Shown here: in pieces, positions 25,701-38,704 of the stretch
How positions within the stretch are numbered: the stretch's first letter is position 1
Layout of the letters: the number at the start of each line of letters is the position of its first letter
Source: Paraspadella gotoi
Taxonomy: Eukaryota > Animalia > Chaetognatha
Reading direction: 5' to 3'
Assembly: GCA_051294375.1 (NCBI GenBank)
Contig: CM119269.1
Location: 9,979,056 to 10,043,055 of the forward strand
DNA length: 64,000 nt
Made by a program: the position numbers and the translations under genes
Notes under the pieces: model-generated
Databases searched by the model: none
The model's input: only the letters and a program-made list of their open reading frames with translations
Told to the model about the DNA's origin: nothing

Positions 25701-27303
25701 TATCTCTTGAAGTGACCCGTCCCGATTTCCCAAATTTCCTTTGTCTGGAGTTGAGTGTAACCGCAGAAGGTGAGTTCGGATGAATGTGAGAAGAGAAAGG
25801 AAGAATGAGAGAGAGAGAAGAAGAAACATTCCGAGAATGTTGAAAGACTTTCCAAAAGTTACATTCTGAGGAAGATAGAAAAACATTTTGAATTGTAGAC
25901 AGACGCTGAGAGAAAAAGGAGAAAGAGACATTCTGAAGAAAGTTTCAAGAAATTTTACTTTTTTTACAAAGTAGAGAAACATTCGAGTCAGGATATAAAA
26001 TAGGCAAAAAGGAAGTGAAATTTCCTGAAATTTACATAAAATAAGGAAAATCAGGAAAAGGAAAAATTTCTAAATAAAATTGTAAAATTTTCATATCAAA
26101 CTTTTTTTTTTGACTTTGGAAGGAAATTTTCTAAAAAAAATTAGGAAAATAAAGAAAAGAAATTATTTACTGGAGGAATGAAAATAAGAGACATTCAAGT
26201 GAGCGTGAACGAGTACTGGTCAACAGGAGAAAGAGAGAGATAGATAGGTTAACATACTTAAATTAGGACAATTCTACTGAAAGAGTCTTTTTACTAAAAC
26301 TATTTGCCCCAATCAACCTCCACCAAGCTCTCTCCATCCAATACGTACCTCGAAGTCGCACCGCGTCCCCTCGACGAGACGTGCACGAAAGGGGGCGCTG
26401 TCGGTGGCGCCACCGTCGCGTTGACGCAGGCGCCATCTTTGAGAGAGACGTCTGCTCGCGGGCGACGTCGCCTCGGAAGTTGTCGCCTTTTGATTCCTTC
26501 GAGGATGAGCTCGAATGGAGAAGAGGGGAGGAGATGGGACTGGGGAGGAGAGAGGAGGGGAGGAAAGAGGGGGAGAGAAGGGGGAGGAAAGGAAGGGGGA
26601 GAGGGAGAGAAGAGGGAGGAAAAGTGGGGGAGAGGACGGGTTGAGAGGAGGGTAGAAGGAAGGATTGGAATAAATGAATGAATTAACATTACATTTGTAG
26701 AATGATGATCGATTAATGATGAGAGATATAAATTAAAGCATTAGATATCTAGCTTTATACGCGAAGTTACAGAGCAAGTAAAAGCAAATCTATTCGAAAT
26801 CTATTTAATTCATTTCAACCTAATTCAATTCTATTTCATTTCATTCAATTCAATTCTATTCATTTCAATTCAATTCAATTCACTTCTATTTATTCTATTC
26901 CCATTCAATCCATTTCATTTCTATTCAATTCAATTCAATTGTCTCGCTGCCCCCCCCCATCAACCTGAGCCTTGATCCAAAATGTCTCCAAAATTTCCTG
27001 TCTTGTGAAAAGAGTTTTGTTTCGTCTGAGGCTCCGTTGCTAATTCGCGTTGCAGAATGTTGAGGGTTCCGTTGCCGTCGCCGTACATGTGGTACCTGGA
27101 TTGAGAGGGGAGGAGGGGGAGGGGAAGATGGGGAAGGAGAAGGGAGGGAAGAAGGTAGGGAGTTAGGAAGGTTGGGGTAGAGAAACAGGGAATAGGAAGA
27201 GGACAGAGAGAGAAAGGGAGGAGGGGGAAGTGAGAGAAAGAAAGTTGAAATGTACACTTGTATACACTCGCTAAAAAGTACGTCTTTGGGCTTTTCGTCT
27301 AAT

Positions 27304-27391
<88 letters not shown>

Positions 27392-28960
27392 ATAACAATT
27401 GATAAAAAGCACAACATCACTATGAGTAACCAATTACTTATAATTCGTGTTTCATCGCCGGCCTAGGTGCACAATATGTTCATCCCGCCTAAAAGCTACA
27501 AAGTTACCTTCAGTCGTGAGCAGTGTGGCTCGTTTAGTAATACCATCAGACTCATGGACCATTATAGAACCGGGATCAATTCCAAATGTAACTACCCTGC
27601 GGGAAGCGTGAGGACGGCCGCTAAACCGCCTGAGGGCCTAAAAAACCCTCAGCCTGTTTGCAAGCCCAGGACCGTCCCATGCTGATGAGAGGGCACAGAA
27701 GATACGGATAATAATCTTCTGCCCACTTAACGCTTCATCAACATTATTTCTACAACACACAACGACGAAGACCGACGACGACGACGACGACGACTTTACC
27801 AAAGGTGAAACAGGCTTCGCTAATTGGCTGAATGAGGGAGAGGGAAAGAGAGCTTGTCCTTTCTCTTCACCGGATTGCTCGTCTCGATGTAGATCATTCC
27901 ACCTAAGATAAAATGCGACAATTTACAGAAATAAATGTAATGTGCCTGAGCAATCAGAATGTCAAAAGTTGTTTTCACAACCACAATGGCAGCCTTTTTC
28001 ATTTTATAATTTTTTAGTTTAAAGCTTAAAGAAAAAAAATTCAGCTTTAAAAAAAAATTACAAAAGAACATCGATCTTGCAAATTTTTTTTTCATACTGC
28101 CAAGACATTATACTAACTAATAAATGTAAAAGAAATGAAAATATTTAGTTTAAGCTTTTTTCGTAATGAGTTTGAAGTATCAAAAAGGAGGTGGGGAAAG
28201 TTCTTGAAAGACACACGCACTAGTTGTTATGACATAAGCATTCTCAATTTATTATATAGTATCATAAACGTCAGGGAATTTTCCAACTAATAAAATGATC
28301 AAATACTCATAGTCAGTCAGTTAAGAGTTATAACAACTCTTTTATTTCACTCCCACTTGAATCCGTTTAGCTTTATCAAAGGTTGTAATCAGTTATCGGT
28401 TGTCATTTGATCGGGAAACGAATAATTACTTTAATCATATGTAATCAAGTATCGAAACGAGCATGATTGATATAAATATTTAATTTGTTTTCAAAATTAA
28501 CACCGAAAAAATTGATGTGAATATAGAAAAACAACCCAATAACAAATAAATAATTTACAAATATCATATATATAACGAGAAATACATCATTTTCCAAGCC
28601 AAGAAACGAATTAGTTGCTAAGAATAAATCGGACGAAAAAAAAAAACAAACAAAGAAAAAAAATCGAATCAATTTAGTGAAGAAACAAATTAGGCGCTAA
28701 GAAACAAATCCTCTCNNNNNNNNNNNNNNNNNNNNNNNNNCCCCCCCCCGAAAAACAACAAATCCGTCGCCATGGGAACCAATTACGTCTTCGATTCATT
28801 TCTCGTCATTTACGTCGACACTTTTTTTTTGTTTTGTCTCCCAGAAAAAATAAAAAGAAAAAGAAAGAAAAAGAAAGAAAAAGAAAAAGAGATCGATTTT
28901 GGTGACGAAAATAGAAGAGAGAGAAATCGATTTAATCTCTCTCTCTCTCTCCCTCTCAAG
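22721..28960 (-). pseudogene. Second copy (B) of the MAM exon D-K block. Frameshifted; pseudogenic duplicate or assembly artefact.
   Basis: Colinear with 16561-22615 (offset about 6.1 kb). Exons carry multiple 1-bp indels. Boundaries approximate. Confidence 0.75.
28716..28740. other. 25-N placeholder gap (others at 34662-34686, 54021-54045, 61766-61790)
   Basis: All four are exactly 25 N. The equivalent site in copy C (about 34293) shows almost no missing sequence. Confidence 0.9.
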
Positions 28961-28964
28961 AGAG

Positions 28965-31900
28965 AATGAATATATGTTCACTTTTAAGTAGTAAATAGGG
29001 TCATTTAAAAATTTGTCTAACAAAAGGAAAACAGATACTCATTAATTCTAAGAATCATGAGAAACGTTGAATTGCTAAGAGGAAAAAAAAACTAAATATT
29101 TGGACGCAGGAATTCCATCCTATGCGCAAGGAAAATAAACCAAATAATTCCTTTAAAAAATATTTAAAAAAGAGCAGGCCGGTCTTTTTAAGACAACAAC
29201 ATGATGTTTGCGACGCTAGGTGACCTCTATTTGTCACTGTATGTTTCTCTTTGATCCATGGATATGAATATCGATATGACCTGGACATGACACGACATAG
29301 CTAAAAACTATTCATTCTGCCCGTGTCAGTGTAATTATGAACGATGCAATTGCAACGAAATTCCGTCTTTGATTTCTTATAGTTTAATGAATTTCCTGAA
29401 GGCAGCGCGAGTTGTCCACTTAGATATTGTCGAGGTTTTTCCAGGTTTCCAACAAATGGATCACTAATAGGCGAATTATATGCATTTAATGAATTGGTAT
29501 CAACCATTTAATGTAAGTGTAACAGACCGAGCGCAGACAGTTCGACACGAAAAGTGACTATAGGGTTGCTTCCGCGAGTATTCGCGGCGCAACCTATACA
29601 CCAGCGTTTCTAGTAAAAAAGAAATATTAGTGATTTTTTGAGAAAGAATGAAAGTCTCCTTTTGCTCTGACCTGCACGGTGCTCTGATGGCGCTCTAGCG
29701 GCAGAGTGTAGTGTCGCCCCGACGTCGTCGTCTTCACCACGACGGAGAAGACGTTCGTCTTAGATCCGGGAGAATTTGAGGAAGAAATGTCGAAGGAGGG
29801 AGCCTGGGGGATGGAAGATAGCGATTGGGGAATAATGTTTGGATTAAGATCGGGGATTGAGGAGAGGATGGGATAAGGAATGGGAATAAGGGATAGGGAT
29901 GAAGAAATGGAGTTAGGGATCGGGGATAAAGGTTTGAGGATAAGAGATTGGAGAATGGGGATTAGGAAAGGGCTACCGGAGGCCATCTAATTCCATCTAT
30001 TTCCCCATCTCCACCCCATCTCCCCTCCATCTCTATCCCATCTACTTCCCATCTCTTTCTCTCTCATTCTCTCCATTCCCATCTCCTTCCCATTCTTTAC
30101 CCATCTACTTCCCATCTCTTTCTCATCACCTTCCCATCTCTTTCTTACCGACCATCCCTGACGGCGGAGAAAAAATTCGACGCAGATGGCTCCATGACTG
30201 GATTGGTGGGTCGAGGCGAGATCGGGGCTGAAAAAGAAGGGAAGGGAAAGAAAAACAGGAAAGAAAGGAAAGAAAGAAAGGAAGGTAGTAAAATGGGAGG
30301 ATAGGAATAAAAATAAAAGAAAAGAGTAGGAATGGAAAATGAAAAGATAGTCGGAAATATTAAATAAGGAAAGATAGAAAAAGTAAGAAAAGTAAAAAAA
30401 AGAAAGAATAAAAAAAAGGAAAAATTAGAAATAAGATACTAACAACTAAACATCTCAGTTATAACATTTTCTCTTTCAAATTAAATAATTACAAACGACT
30501 AACCCGGAGTCACGTTTGCTCCAGGACGAAAACTGGTGAGGCCAAAACGCAATCGTAGTTTTTTCCATAGTCCGGCGGATGTGACGTGAACGTAATGACC
30601 TGAAAGACGAAACGGAAAATGTGAGTCGTCGTCATTAAATTCGTCGTCGTCATCATCGTCTATATCATCATCGTCATCCTCTTGTCATCGTCGTCTCTCA
30701 TCCTTATCGTGAGAATCTCGAAACCTAATCTTCTCATCTCTTCCATCAAATCTTTCGTCAAACATCAAAAACTTTCATTTTCTCAAAACCGAAAAATCTT
30801 TCAAAATCTCGAATTAATTAAAATCTCATTTTTCTCCTTTTTAATTTTTTTTCAGTCGAAAAATTTCTGAGATCCAAAGATTTCTGTCACAATCCTTTAA
30901 ATTCTCTTTATATTCTATCGGTTGCTACGTAAAAAATTGAAACAATGCAAACATGCAAAATTTCATAATAACTATTGACACTTACAATGATATATATACA
31001 TTTTGTATTCATTTTTGAGAATTATGTGCTAAATGCGAACACAATAGTTGCAAATTTTGAAGGACATCAGATGCAACAGGTGAGGTAAATTGAATTAAGA
31101 CATTTTTTGTGGGATTTAATTAAATACTGCACTTGTATTCTTAATTCAGTTTGCAAAATATTGCTTACAATGTTTGAAATCAATCACAAACCCTCATCAA
31201 GTGACCTCAAAATTTATTGACCACAACCACAACCAACCGTCGAGTGTGCCGAGGTGTGATCAGCTTTGGGTCCCACAGTCGTATCCTTTGAAGTGACCCG
31301 TCCGATTTCCCAAATTTCCTTTGTCTGGAGTTGAGTGTAACCGCAGAAGTGAGTTCTGAGATGAGAAGGAGAAGGAGAATGAGAAGGAAAGAAGAACATT
31401 CCGAGAATGTTGAAAGACTTTCCAAAAGTTACATTCTGAGAAGATAGAAAAATTATGAATTGTAGACAGACGCTGAGAGAAAAAGGAAGAAGAGACATTC
31501 TGAAGAAAGTTTCAAGAAATATTACTTTTTTTACAAAGTAGAGAAACATTCGAGTCAGGATATAAAATAGGCAAAAAGGAAGTGAAATTTCCTGAAATTT
31601 AACATAAAATAAGGAAATCAGAAAGGAAAATTTCTAAATAAAATTGTAAAATTTTCAAATCAAACTTTTTTTTTGACTTTGGAAGGAAATTTTCTAAAAA
31701 AAATAGGAAAATAAAGAAAATGAAATTGATTTACTGGAGGAATGAAAATAAGAGACATTCAAGTGAGGCGTGAACGAGTACTGGTCAACAGAGAAAGAGA
31801 GAGATAGATAGGTTAACATACTTAAATGTAGGCAAAACACAATTTCTACGAAAGAGGTCTTTTACTTAAAACATATTTGCCCCAATCAACCTCCACCACT

Positions 31901-32892
31901 AGCTCTCTCCATCCCAATACGTACCTCGAAGTCGCAACCGCGGTCCCCTCGACGGAGACGTGCACGAAAGGGGGCGCTGTCGGTGGCGCCACCGTCGCGT
32001 TGACGCAGGCGCCATCTTTGAGAGAGACGTCTCCGTCGAGGCGACGTCGCTCGGAAGTTGTCGCCTTTGATCCCTTCGAGGATGAGCTCGCAATGAGGAG
32101 AGGGGAGAGAGATGGGGAGCTGTGGGAGGAGGTGAGGGGGGAAGAAGAGGGGGAGGAGGAGGGGAGGAAGGAGGGAAGGAGAGGGAGGAGAAGAGGGAGG
32201 AAAAAGTGGGAGAGAGGACGGGTTGGAGGGTAGGGTAGAAGGAAGGATTGGAATAAATGAATGAATTAACATTACATTTGAAATGATGATCGATTAATGA
32301 TGAGAGAATTAAATTAAAGCATTTAGATTCCTAGGCTTTATACGCGAAGTACAGAGCAAGTAAAAGCAAATCTATTCGAATCTATTTAATTCATTTCAAC
32401 CTAATTCAATTCTATTTCATTTCATTCAATTCATTCTATTCATTTCAATTCAATTCAATTCACTTCTATTTATTCTATTCCATTCTATCTCATTATTTCA
32501 ATTCAATTGTCTCGCTGCCCCCCCCCATCAACCTGAGCCTTGATCCAAAATGTCTCCAAAATTTCCTGTCTTGTGAAAAGAGTTTTTGTTTCGTCTGAGG
32601 CTCCGTTGCTAATTCGCGTTGCAAAATGTTGAGGGTTCCGTTGCCGTCGCCGTACATGTGGTACCTGGATTGAGAGAGGGAGGAGGGGGAGGGAAGATGG
32701 GGAAGGGAGAAGGGAGGGAAGAAGGTAGGGAGTTTAGGAAGGTTGGGGTAGAGAAACAGGGAATAAGGAAGAGAGGACAGAGAGAGAAAGCGAGGAGGGG
32801 GAAGTGAGAGAAAGAAAGTGAAATGTACACTTGTATACACTCGTATAAAGTACGTCTATGGGCTTTTCGTCTAATAATACAGAGAGAGAGAG

Positions 32893-32953
<61 letters not shown>

Positions 32954-34500
32954 AGAGATGAGAGAGAGAAGAAATAAATTATAAAAAAGCACAACATCAC
33001 TATGAGTACCCATTACTTATAATTCGTGTTTCATCGCCGGCCTAGGTGCACAATATGTTCATCCCGCCTATAAGCTACAAAGTTACCTTCAGTCGTGAGC
33101 AGGTGGCTCGTTTAGTAATACCATCAGCCAGACCATTATAGAACCGGGATCAACAAATGTAACTACCTGCGGGAAGCGTGAGGACGGCCGTAAACCGCCT
33201 GAGGGCCTAAAAAAACCCTCAGCCTGTTTGCAAGCCCAGACACGTCCATGCTGATGAGAGGGCACAGAAGATACGGATAATAATCTTCTGCCCACTTAAC
33301 GCTTCATCAACATTATTCTTCAACACAACAACACAACGACGACGACGACGACGACGACGACGACGTTTACCAAAGGTGAAACAGGCTTCGCTAATTGGCT
33401 GGAATGAGGGAGAGTGAAAGAGAGCCTTGTCCTTTCTCTTCACCGGATTGCTCGTCTCGATGTAGATCATTCCACTAAGATAAAATGCACAATTATACAG
33501 AAATAAGATGTATGTGCCTGAGCAATCAGAATGTCAAAAGTTGTTTTCCACAACCCAATTGGCAGCCTTTTTCATTTTATAATTTTTATTTGTTAAAGCT
33601 TAAAGAAAAAAAATTCAGCTTTAAAAAAAAATTACAAAGAACATCGATCTTGCAAGAATTTTTTTTTCATACTGCCAAGACATTATACTAACTAATAAAT
33701 GTAAAAGAAATGAAAATATTTAGTTTAAGCTTTTTTCGTAATGAGTTTGAAGTATCAAAAAGGAGGTGGGGGAAAGTTCTTGAAAGACACACGCACTAGT
33801 TGTTATGACATAAGCATTCTCAATTTATTATATAGTATCATAAACGTCAGGGAATTTTCCAACTAATAAAATGATCAAATATCATCATAGTCAGTTCAGT
33901 TAAGAGTTATAACAACTCTTTTATTTCACTCCCACTTGAAATCCGTTTGACTTTATCAAAGGTTGTTATCAGTTATCGGTTGTCATTTGATCGGGAAACG
34001 AATAATTACTTTAATCATATGTAATCAAGTATCGAAACGAGCATGATTGATATAAATATTTAATTTGTTTTCAAAATTAAACACCGAAAAAATTGATGTG
34101 AATATAGAAAAACAACCCAATAACAAATAAATAATTTACAAATATCATATACTAAAACGAGAAATACATCATTTTCCAAGCCAAGAAACGAATTAGTTGC
34201 TAAGAATAAATCGGACAAAAAAAAACAAACAAAGAAAAAAAATCAATCAATTTAGTGAAGAAACAAATTAGGCGCTAAGAAACAAATCCTCTCCCCTCCC
34301 CCCGAAAAACAACAATCCGTCGCCATGGGAACCAATTACGTCTTCGATTCATTTCTCGTCATTTACGTCGACACTTTTTTTTGTTTGTCTCCCAGAAAAA
34401 TAAAAGAAAAAGAAAGAAAAAGAAAGAAAAGAAAGAAAGAAAAAGAGATCGATTTTTGGTACGAAAATAGAAGAGAGAGAAATCGATTTAATCTCTCTCT
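28965..34500 (-). pseudogene. Third copy (C) of the MAM exon D-J block (lacks exon K). Frameshifted; probably artefact.
   Basis: Starts at the equivalent of about 17295 and shares several frameshifting indels with copy B. Boundaries approximate. Confidence 0.75.
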
Positions 34501-34538
34501 CTCTCTCTCCCTCTTCTCTCTCTCTCTCTCTCTCTTCT

Positions 34539-34581
<43 letters not shown>

Positions 34582-34775
34582 TCTCTCTCTCTCTCTCTTT
34601 TCCCGTTTTTGTGACGATGAAAAACCGAAATAACCAAAACAAAAACACGTAAAATCGACGCNNNNNNNNNNNNNNNNNNNNNNNNNCGACGACGACGACG
34701 ACGACGACGACCAAGATTATGAAGACGATGACGACGACGAAGTGAAGTTCTCGCCCAAAATTCCTCACATTCCAC

Positions 34776-35083
34776 TTCCCAGTAGTGTGGTCTTGCCACA
34801 ATCCCTTTTCCCCTTCCACACTCACCATTTCTTTTCCCAGTAGTGTGGTCTTGCCACAATCCCTTTCCCCTTCCACACTCACCATTTCTTTTCCCAGTAG
34901 TGTGGTCTTGCCACAATCCCTTTCCCCTTCCACACTCACCATTTCTTTTCCCAGTAGTGTGGTCTTGCCACAATCCCTTTTCCCCTTCCACACTCACCAT
35001 TCCTTTTCCCAGTAGTGTGGTCTTGCCACAATCCCTTTCCCCTTCCACACTCACCATTCCTTTTCCCAGTAGTGTGGTCTTGC
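34776..35083 (-). repeat. 57/58-bp minisatellite made from the 3' end of exon C plus its splice donor (about 5.4 units)
   Basis: CCCAGTAGTGTGGTCTTGC recurs at 34778, 34836, 34893, 34950, 35008 and 35065. Confidence 0.95.
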
Positions 35084-35283
35084 GAAGGTCCTGTCCCCGC
35101 AGAGGAAGTGTGGCCAATCGACTCCGTCCAGTCGAAGTCGTCGGCGGCGGAGTTCTCCCAACCGCAGGCGGAGACTTCAAAGTCACAGTTTCGTCCGTCG
35201 AAGGAAGTGAAGGGCGAGAGTTCGAGGTCGTCTAGGGCGATGGTGGCGGATGGGTGGGCGCCTGGGGTGGCGATAATGTAGAC
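35055..35283 (-). CDS. Multi-MAM protein exon C (end of MAM1, start of MAM2): VYIIATPGAHPSATIALDDLELSPFTSFDGRNCDFEVSACGWENSAADDFDWTESIGHTSSAGTGPSQDHTTGKRN(G)
   Basis: cctag acceptor, gtgagt donor, 229 nt, phase 0 to 1. IALDD, CDFE..CGW, DFDW and GP..DHT motifs. Confidence 0.93.
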
Positions 35284-36036
35284 CTAGGGGTCGGGAGTCG
35301 AGGGGTGGAGTAGTTGGTGGGAGAAGTGAACTTAGTGAAACTAAGGAGATCGGTTATTGAGGGACATTACATCACGCATGGTATAATATTTACTTTATTT
35401 AGTTATCAGTGAGTAAAGTCCTAAGCTGATGAGCATTATGATTCAAAGAGAAAGCATAAGGTCTGCCGTAGACCGCCTTGGCGTCCTAAGAAAACCTTTA
35501 AACCTTAGAATCGTTGGATTGCAAGACTCTACGGAGTCTCCTTCCCACTAGAGGCTAAATAAAGCGGTCATAATGGCTTAGAGGATTTTAAGCGAGACTC
35601 GAACTGGGGACCAACCGTTTTTAATCAATCAAGCTATCGATCAACCAATCAATCAACTCGTCATTTTGTAGGTTTGTGAAAATCGCAACACGATCGCAGT
35701 TTTATTTATTTCAAACTGTCTCGCTTCTCCCGTTGGAATAATATTCATTTGTTTGGTCTGACATTTAATAAAAAAGTCGCTGTTTTAGTTTATCCTTAAT
35801 ATTAGCTCACTATTTGATCATCTTTTTAAACGTTCCACCGTTTTTTTTATTATTAAATTCATGAATTGTAAATTCTTATTCTTTTAATTTATATTGAGAG
35901 AAAAAACTCGTCTAATTGAGACTAATAAAATGTGTTTTCTTTGAGAAAATTTTATTTGCCAAAAACTGTGATACTTCTACTGGTTTTGAACCGTGAAAAA
36001 CCGTGAAAAACCGTCAAAAACCATCAAAAAAGCAGT

Positions 36037-36110
<74 letters not shown>

Positions 36111-36330
36111 AACATGTTACAGTACTAATGCTTCAATACATTAAATTAGATTAGCAATGCAATTTAAAGTTTATGATAAGGTAGAGACTGATTGATATGT
36201 TCGACAGTTAAATTCATTTACGTATAATATTAAAAAAAAAAGTACTGGCGGCGGCCGTCGGCTGCGGCGCCGTCCGGCGAAGACTGGGTCGAAAACTGTC
36301 TGGCGAGTTCGTTGGCAAAAGAATCGGATT

Positions 36331-36642
36331 CTAAGACGTCGAAATAATAGACAGTTGAGTCAACGTCGACGTTGAATCGAGTGGCAACGGCGAAAACGGC
36401 GGAGGCAGCTCCGTCGACACCCTCGTCAGCGTCGGAGGCGACTCGGCGATCGCTTCCTCGTAAGTCGGAAGTTGCGGCACTGGGGACTCGCTCCGCGGGG
36501 GGCGATTGGCAGCGCGACGTGCGACGCAGCACTTGAGCCAAGGAACTCCGAGCCAAGCAGAGATGACCAAAGCGGCGCTGAAGATGAGACCAAAGATTGT
36601 GAGACTGGCCAAAACCATCAGCAAAATCATGACGGCGTCCAT
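36331..36642 (-). CDS. Small single-pass membrane protein with juxtamembrane Cys-Cys and an LPxY (PY-type) motif, nested in the MAM gene intron
   Basis: 103-aa non-repetitive GC-rich ORF: long hydrophobic N-terminal segment, then KCC, basic residues, QLPTYEEAI and LPPPFSP. AATAAA on the minus strand at 35951-35956. Both ends uncertain. Confidence 0.65.
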   Translation of the reverse strand: MDAVMILLMVLASLTIFGLIFSAALVISAWLGVPWLKCCVARRAANRPPRSESPVPQLPTYEEAIAESPPTLTRVSTELPPPFSPLPLDSTSTLTQLSIISTS

Positions 36643-37817
36643 CCTTCTTGCGGTAGTTGAGCTTTCTGCGGGGAATCTCGCTGTAGCTGGTCTATGATCG
36701 AAAAATGGAGATGTCGACGTCGCTCTTACAAGTTAGGTTGATATGGGAAGAGTTTTCCGACGTAGGCTGAATGTTGAAATCAATCGCTGCTATTGCAGTT
36801 TTGAGTTTTAATTTTATTTTACGTCAAAATGAATTTTCCTATTTATTCATCAGCTACAAAAATAACCAGAAAGGGAAATTTGTCAGAAGGGAAAAAACCG
36901 ATGATGAAAAAGGACAATTATAGAAAATTAAAGAGGAGAAACTTAATAAAGAAATTACAAAGAAAGAAAGTAGAGGAAGATAAAAATAAAATCATTACAA
37001 CTTTTAACGAAAAACGAAACAATACAAAAAAATATGAAAATAATTGATAAATAAAAAATGAATAAATTATAAATAATAATGGGAATTTTTCTTGGTTTAA
37101 TAAGATTTTACAATCGACACTTTTTTTTTTTTTGAGTTCCGCCAAAGATTTAGAAAAGTTTTGCGTTGGGCTGAAGTTTTTTTTTCTTAGTAGCCGGGTG
37201 TAATCAAAAGAAAACCGATGACGAAGACGACGACGAAAACATCGACGACGACATAAACAGGTTTGTTTTTTTTTAATTTACGGTAGAAACATTTTTCGTT
37301 TTTTCGTTTTATCGTTTTATTAATCGTGTATTGATTTCAGTCAGTTTTAAATTTACCTGCCAAACATAATATTTATGACTCTATTTAAAATAAATATGAA
37401 CGAAATGTTGATTACAAAAATGCTTGACATTTGTGGGATTTTGAATAAAGATTTTATTTTCAGTTGAAAAAACCACCTGCCTAGGTGGAGTTAATATATT
37501 TTTTTTTTCGAAAGTTACGTCGTACAAAATCTTATCCAAAACCTGAGTTGACTGTTGATCGTAAAACAAAAAAGAAAAAAAATAATGTCAACAAATGTCC
37601 TAATAAAAAGGTTTTTAAAATTTGCCTACAAAAAAAAATATCCATAATTAAGCTAACTTGCCTCTTGAGTTTGGACAAGTTAATAAAATAGCAAGCTTAG
37701 TTCGATTTAATGTAATTTTATAACGTTTAATGTATCGACAAAACTGTAATAACCTGATCCCAAAGCGCAAAATCCCATCACTTACTCTCGCGCCACACTC
37801 TGCCCCCTTCCACTTAC

Positions 37818-37952
37818 CCTGACGGCGGCGTCCTTATGCGGCGGAATCTCCACGACGCCGATCCGCCAGATGTCGCGTTGGTCCCCGCGTTTCTCCCAAA
37901 CCGGCGTCGCTGAAGAAGTGGGTGTGGCGGCGTCGAATGGAACAATGAAGAC
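37818..37952 (-). CDS. Multi-MAM protein exon B (MAM1): VFIVPFDAATPTSSATPVWEKRGDQRDIWRIGVVEIPPHKDAAVR
   Basis: ttccag acceptor, gtaagt donor, 135 nt, phase 0 to 0. MAM motif VW..xGxQxxxW. Confidence 0.9.
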
Positions 37953-38704
37953 CTGGAAAGAGGAAGAGGAGGAGGAGGAAGGGGCGATAATGATGATGAT
38001 GATGATTTTGACAATAAAATAAGGATTTATATTATTTGCTTTGATTCAAAGAAAGTTTATTTTAATGAGAATGATTATTTTTCAGTCAAATGTGTCAACA
38101 ACAACAACAACAACAACAACCAAAGCATTAAATAAAGTTGTATCTATAGATCGAATAGACGAATATATTATTTTTCCCACCATTCAATCTTTTATTTGCT
38201 TCAATCTCATTTACATATTGCAGTAAAACTTATAATTACAAAAGATTAGACAGATTTCAATTATTAAATCTTTACATTAAAGATTTTCTTCGGATTTTAT
38301 TTTACTAAAGCTTAAAAAAAAAGGAATGAATCTTGACCAGAAACTTTAATAGAAATCTTAATAAAAGTGAATATTTTTGTTTAATATTTGTTGCGCGGAT
38401 GAAAATTGAGTAATTTTATAAAGTCATAGCGATTTCCTCGTTGTTAACAACTCGGGTAAAAAACCCCGCTGACACCATGTTGGAAAATTTGGACGGAGTG
38501 TCTAAACTTAGAACTCCAGAGAGATGAAAAAATAAAACAATTCAGAATCGACAATACAGATAAGGAAAACATCGACGACAAAGACCCCCCCTGACGGCCA
38601 CGAGATAAAACCGTCAAACAAAAGGTTATCGCGATGCCACTTTTCCTCCCGGATGTTGAAAAAAGGAAGAACAACAACTAACCATTTTATACAAAGCGCC
38701 TTAC

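Noticed and set aside
34349-35235. Track ORFs with GKTTLLGK repeats, and a CRISPR-like look
   Set aside because: These are alternative frames of the exon C minisatellite, not a P-loop. Units are identical with no unique spacers, in a eukaryotic context.
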